From positions 1 through 46,956 of the IMG/VR virus record IMGVR_UViG_3300032250_000235: 46,956 nucleotides of DNA; one strand, written 5' to 3'. The position numbers and the translations under genes were made by a program. Each line of letters begins with the position of its first letter. The first letter of the stretch is position 1. The notes under the pieces were generated by a model that was not told the DNA's origin, ran no database searches, and saw only the letters and a program-made list of their open reading frames with translations. Shown one piece after another: positions 45,559 through 46,956 of this stretch. Origin of the DNA: a virus. Lineage: Duplodnaviria; Caudoviricetes.

Positions 45559-45951
45559 ATGCAACAGCGTGCCGGTTTATTATTTCTAGCAAGGACTACA
45601 GGTAGAATCCTTCTCATTCTTCAAGATGAGAAATGGACTGTGCCTACATTTGCTAGATCTGCGTCACTGTTAGAAGATGCTGATGTTTTGCTTAAAGACT
45701 ACCACTCGGGAAGAATACTGCCTATTGAGTTGTATCTTAGCGAAGACCGCGGTTTTGAATATGGTACCTATGTATGTTTAGTTGCTGATGAATTTTTAAC
45801 TCAAGCCGTGCTAACACTAGCATGGTGCAATCTAGATCATCTTCCTAAACAATTGCACAGCGGCCTAAAGACCACATTAAATAATCAACTGATACGCACA
45901 AAAATTGATACCATTATGGAGTTAGAAAATGCTGAACACTATAGAAAATAG
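45559..45951 (+). CDS. Degenerate Nudix-fold protein
   Basis: AGLLF..TGRILL..W, FEY.TY...V..EF, AW..LP..LH.GL scaffold, but no Nudix box. Confidence 0.55.
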   Translation: MQQRAGLLFLARTTGRILLILQDEKWTVPTFARSASLLEDADVLLKDYHSGRILPIELYLSEDRGFEYGTYVCLVADEFLTQAVLTLAWCNLDHLPKQLHSGLKTTLNNQLIRTKIDTIMELENAEHYRK

Positions 45952-46192
45952 CGAAGTATTTAAGAAAGAATTTACTATGTTTAGTGAAAAAATTTCACGG
46001 ATTCAAAATGAAACTGTGAAAAAAGAATTAAGTTCAAAATTGAATGAGCTGTTAAAAGAAGTTCGACAGATAGACAGTCAGCACAGAGATATATTTGACA
46101 ACAAAACTATTCCGTCGACTGTTCCTGAATCAAGAACCAAGTTGATGGAATTGCGCAGATACCTAGATACACGATTAAAAGAGTTTTCCTAA
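45929..46192 (+). CDS. Hypothetical helical protein
   Basis: 87-aa ORF with a GGAG RBS. Confidence 0.7.
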   Translation: MLNTIENSEVFKKEFTMFSEKISRIQNETVKKELSSKLNELLKEVRQIDSQHRDIFDNKTIPSTVPESRTKLMELRRYLDTRLKEFS

Positions 46193-46198
46193 GACAAT

Positions 46199-46408
46199 AT
46201 GTATAAAGTTGAAACAATGCCACCTGCATCTAGAAAAGCACCACGAGCTGGCGAAATCTATATCTATGTCCAAAAATGGGCAAATGATAATCAATTCAAA
46301 GCGCACTATAAATTACATCCTAGTCGGAATACTATGATAATATTCGACGAAGAATCATTTGAGCATTTTAAAAAGACATTTAAAAAACCTTGGAACTTGA
46401 TTTTTTAA
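46199..46408 (+). CDS. Hypothetical protein
   Basis: 69-aa ORF continuing the + strand operon. Confidence 0.6.
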   Translation: MYKVETMPPASRKAPRAGEIYIYVQKWANDNQFKAHYKLHPSRNTMIIFDEESFEHFKKTFKKPWNLIF

Positions 46409-46448
46409 TTACCGGCCTGTAATTGCATCGTTGTAGACTTCGATGAAA

Positions 46449-46877
46449 TCATCTGTTTTCATTCTTTACCTGTTGAAACCAATCAAAATCTAAACCATCT
46501 AATTTAGTCATAAACTTAGTTATAGAATCTATATGCAAGAGTCTTGCTTCTCTTAACGGAAACTCCCAAAAAGCAATATGATGTTCTTGTGGTACAAGTA
46601 TTTGGTTTATCGATACCAACGACTGAGGTATTGGCAATAACGGTGGCCAAACTTCTTTTGCTAATAGCTTTTTAAGAGTTCCAATCATAGTTTTTTCAAC
46701 ACCGTCTTCTAGATAAAAAATAATAACTTCTCTATCTCTCAGTAACCCATTTAGCAGTTCTCTAGCTTTCTGTCTATCTTTAATTGCTTTGTGTTTTAAA
46801 TAGGGATCGTCCCCTGTTTCTCTTAATTTTTGTGTAAATGTAAAATACTCATTTGTTCTAAGTTCATGTAATGGCAT
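46449..46877 (-). CDS. Hypothetical protein, possibly WYL_2/DUF2693-like Sm fold
   Basis: VIIFYLEDGVEKTMIGTL...AFWE...RLLHIDSI resembles the F.K.DG..R.M..TL...WRSF.D pattern. Confidence 0.55.
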   Translation of the reverse strand: MPLHELRTNEYFTFTQKLRETGDDPYLKHKAIKDRQKARELLNGLLRDREVIIFYLEDGVEKTMIGTLKKLLAKEVWPPLLPIPQSLVSINQILVPQEHHIAFWEFPLREARLLHIDSITKFMTKLDGLDFDWFQQVKNENR

Positions 46878-46893
46878 ATTAAATTCCTAATCT

Positions 46894-46956
46894 TTATACA
46901 GTTATGTCAAAGGTGATGTTTATTCTATCTTTGTTTGATAAATTTGGTTCTACTTC
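46894..46956 (-). CDS. 3' end of a gene entering from beyond the window, possibly a 2OG-Fe(II) oxygenase
   Basis: EVEPNLSNKDRINITFDITV* resembles the (H)xVxPNxSxxxRIxIxFN end of putative 2OG-Fe(II) oxygenases. Confidence 0.45.
   Translation of the reverse strand, partial: EVEPNLSNKDRINITFDITV

Noticed and set aside
1-46956. Stop-codon recoding (alternative genetic code)
   Set aside because: Core genes are full length and tightly packed in code 11, with TAA, TGA and TAG all used as stops.
1-46956. CRISPR array, tRNA genes, DGR repeats, or introns/inteins in terminase, UvsX or helicases
   Set aside because: No regularly spaced repeats or cloverleaf motifs were seen in the short intergenic gaps, and those proteins have normal lengths with no splice motifs.

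Overview
This 47-kb window is a gene-dense segment of a large T4-like (myovirus) bacteriophage genome, read mostly on the minus strand in the standard genetic code. Its replication and recombination genes are a partial gp41-like helicase, a gp61-like primase, a possible gp62-like clamp-loader subunit, UvsW, UvsY, UvsX and gp32. Its morphogenesis module holds the large and small terminases, a gp4-like head-completion nuclease, tail tube and tube-like proteins, an unusually long tail sheath, neck gp13/gp14, gp15 and a dNMP kinase. Between these lies an ~18-kb (6.3-24.4 kb) sugar-activation, glycosyltransferase and methyltransferase island, which includes six paralogous KpsS/KpsC-like proteins. 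The most unusual observations are: (1) an intact 192-aa 'mini-DnaE' that keeps all C-family polymerase catalytic motifs; (2) the glycosylation island, whose operons are headed by the same late-promoter motif as the virion genes, suggesting virion glycosylation; (3) pervasive leaderless gene starts at both sigma70-type and late promoters; (4) a standalone degenerate Hint-like protein; and (5) a small cassette upstream of gp32 with an ECF-like promoter, a secreted peptide and a possible +1 frameshift. All functional calls come from motif recognition by eye; no database search was run.
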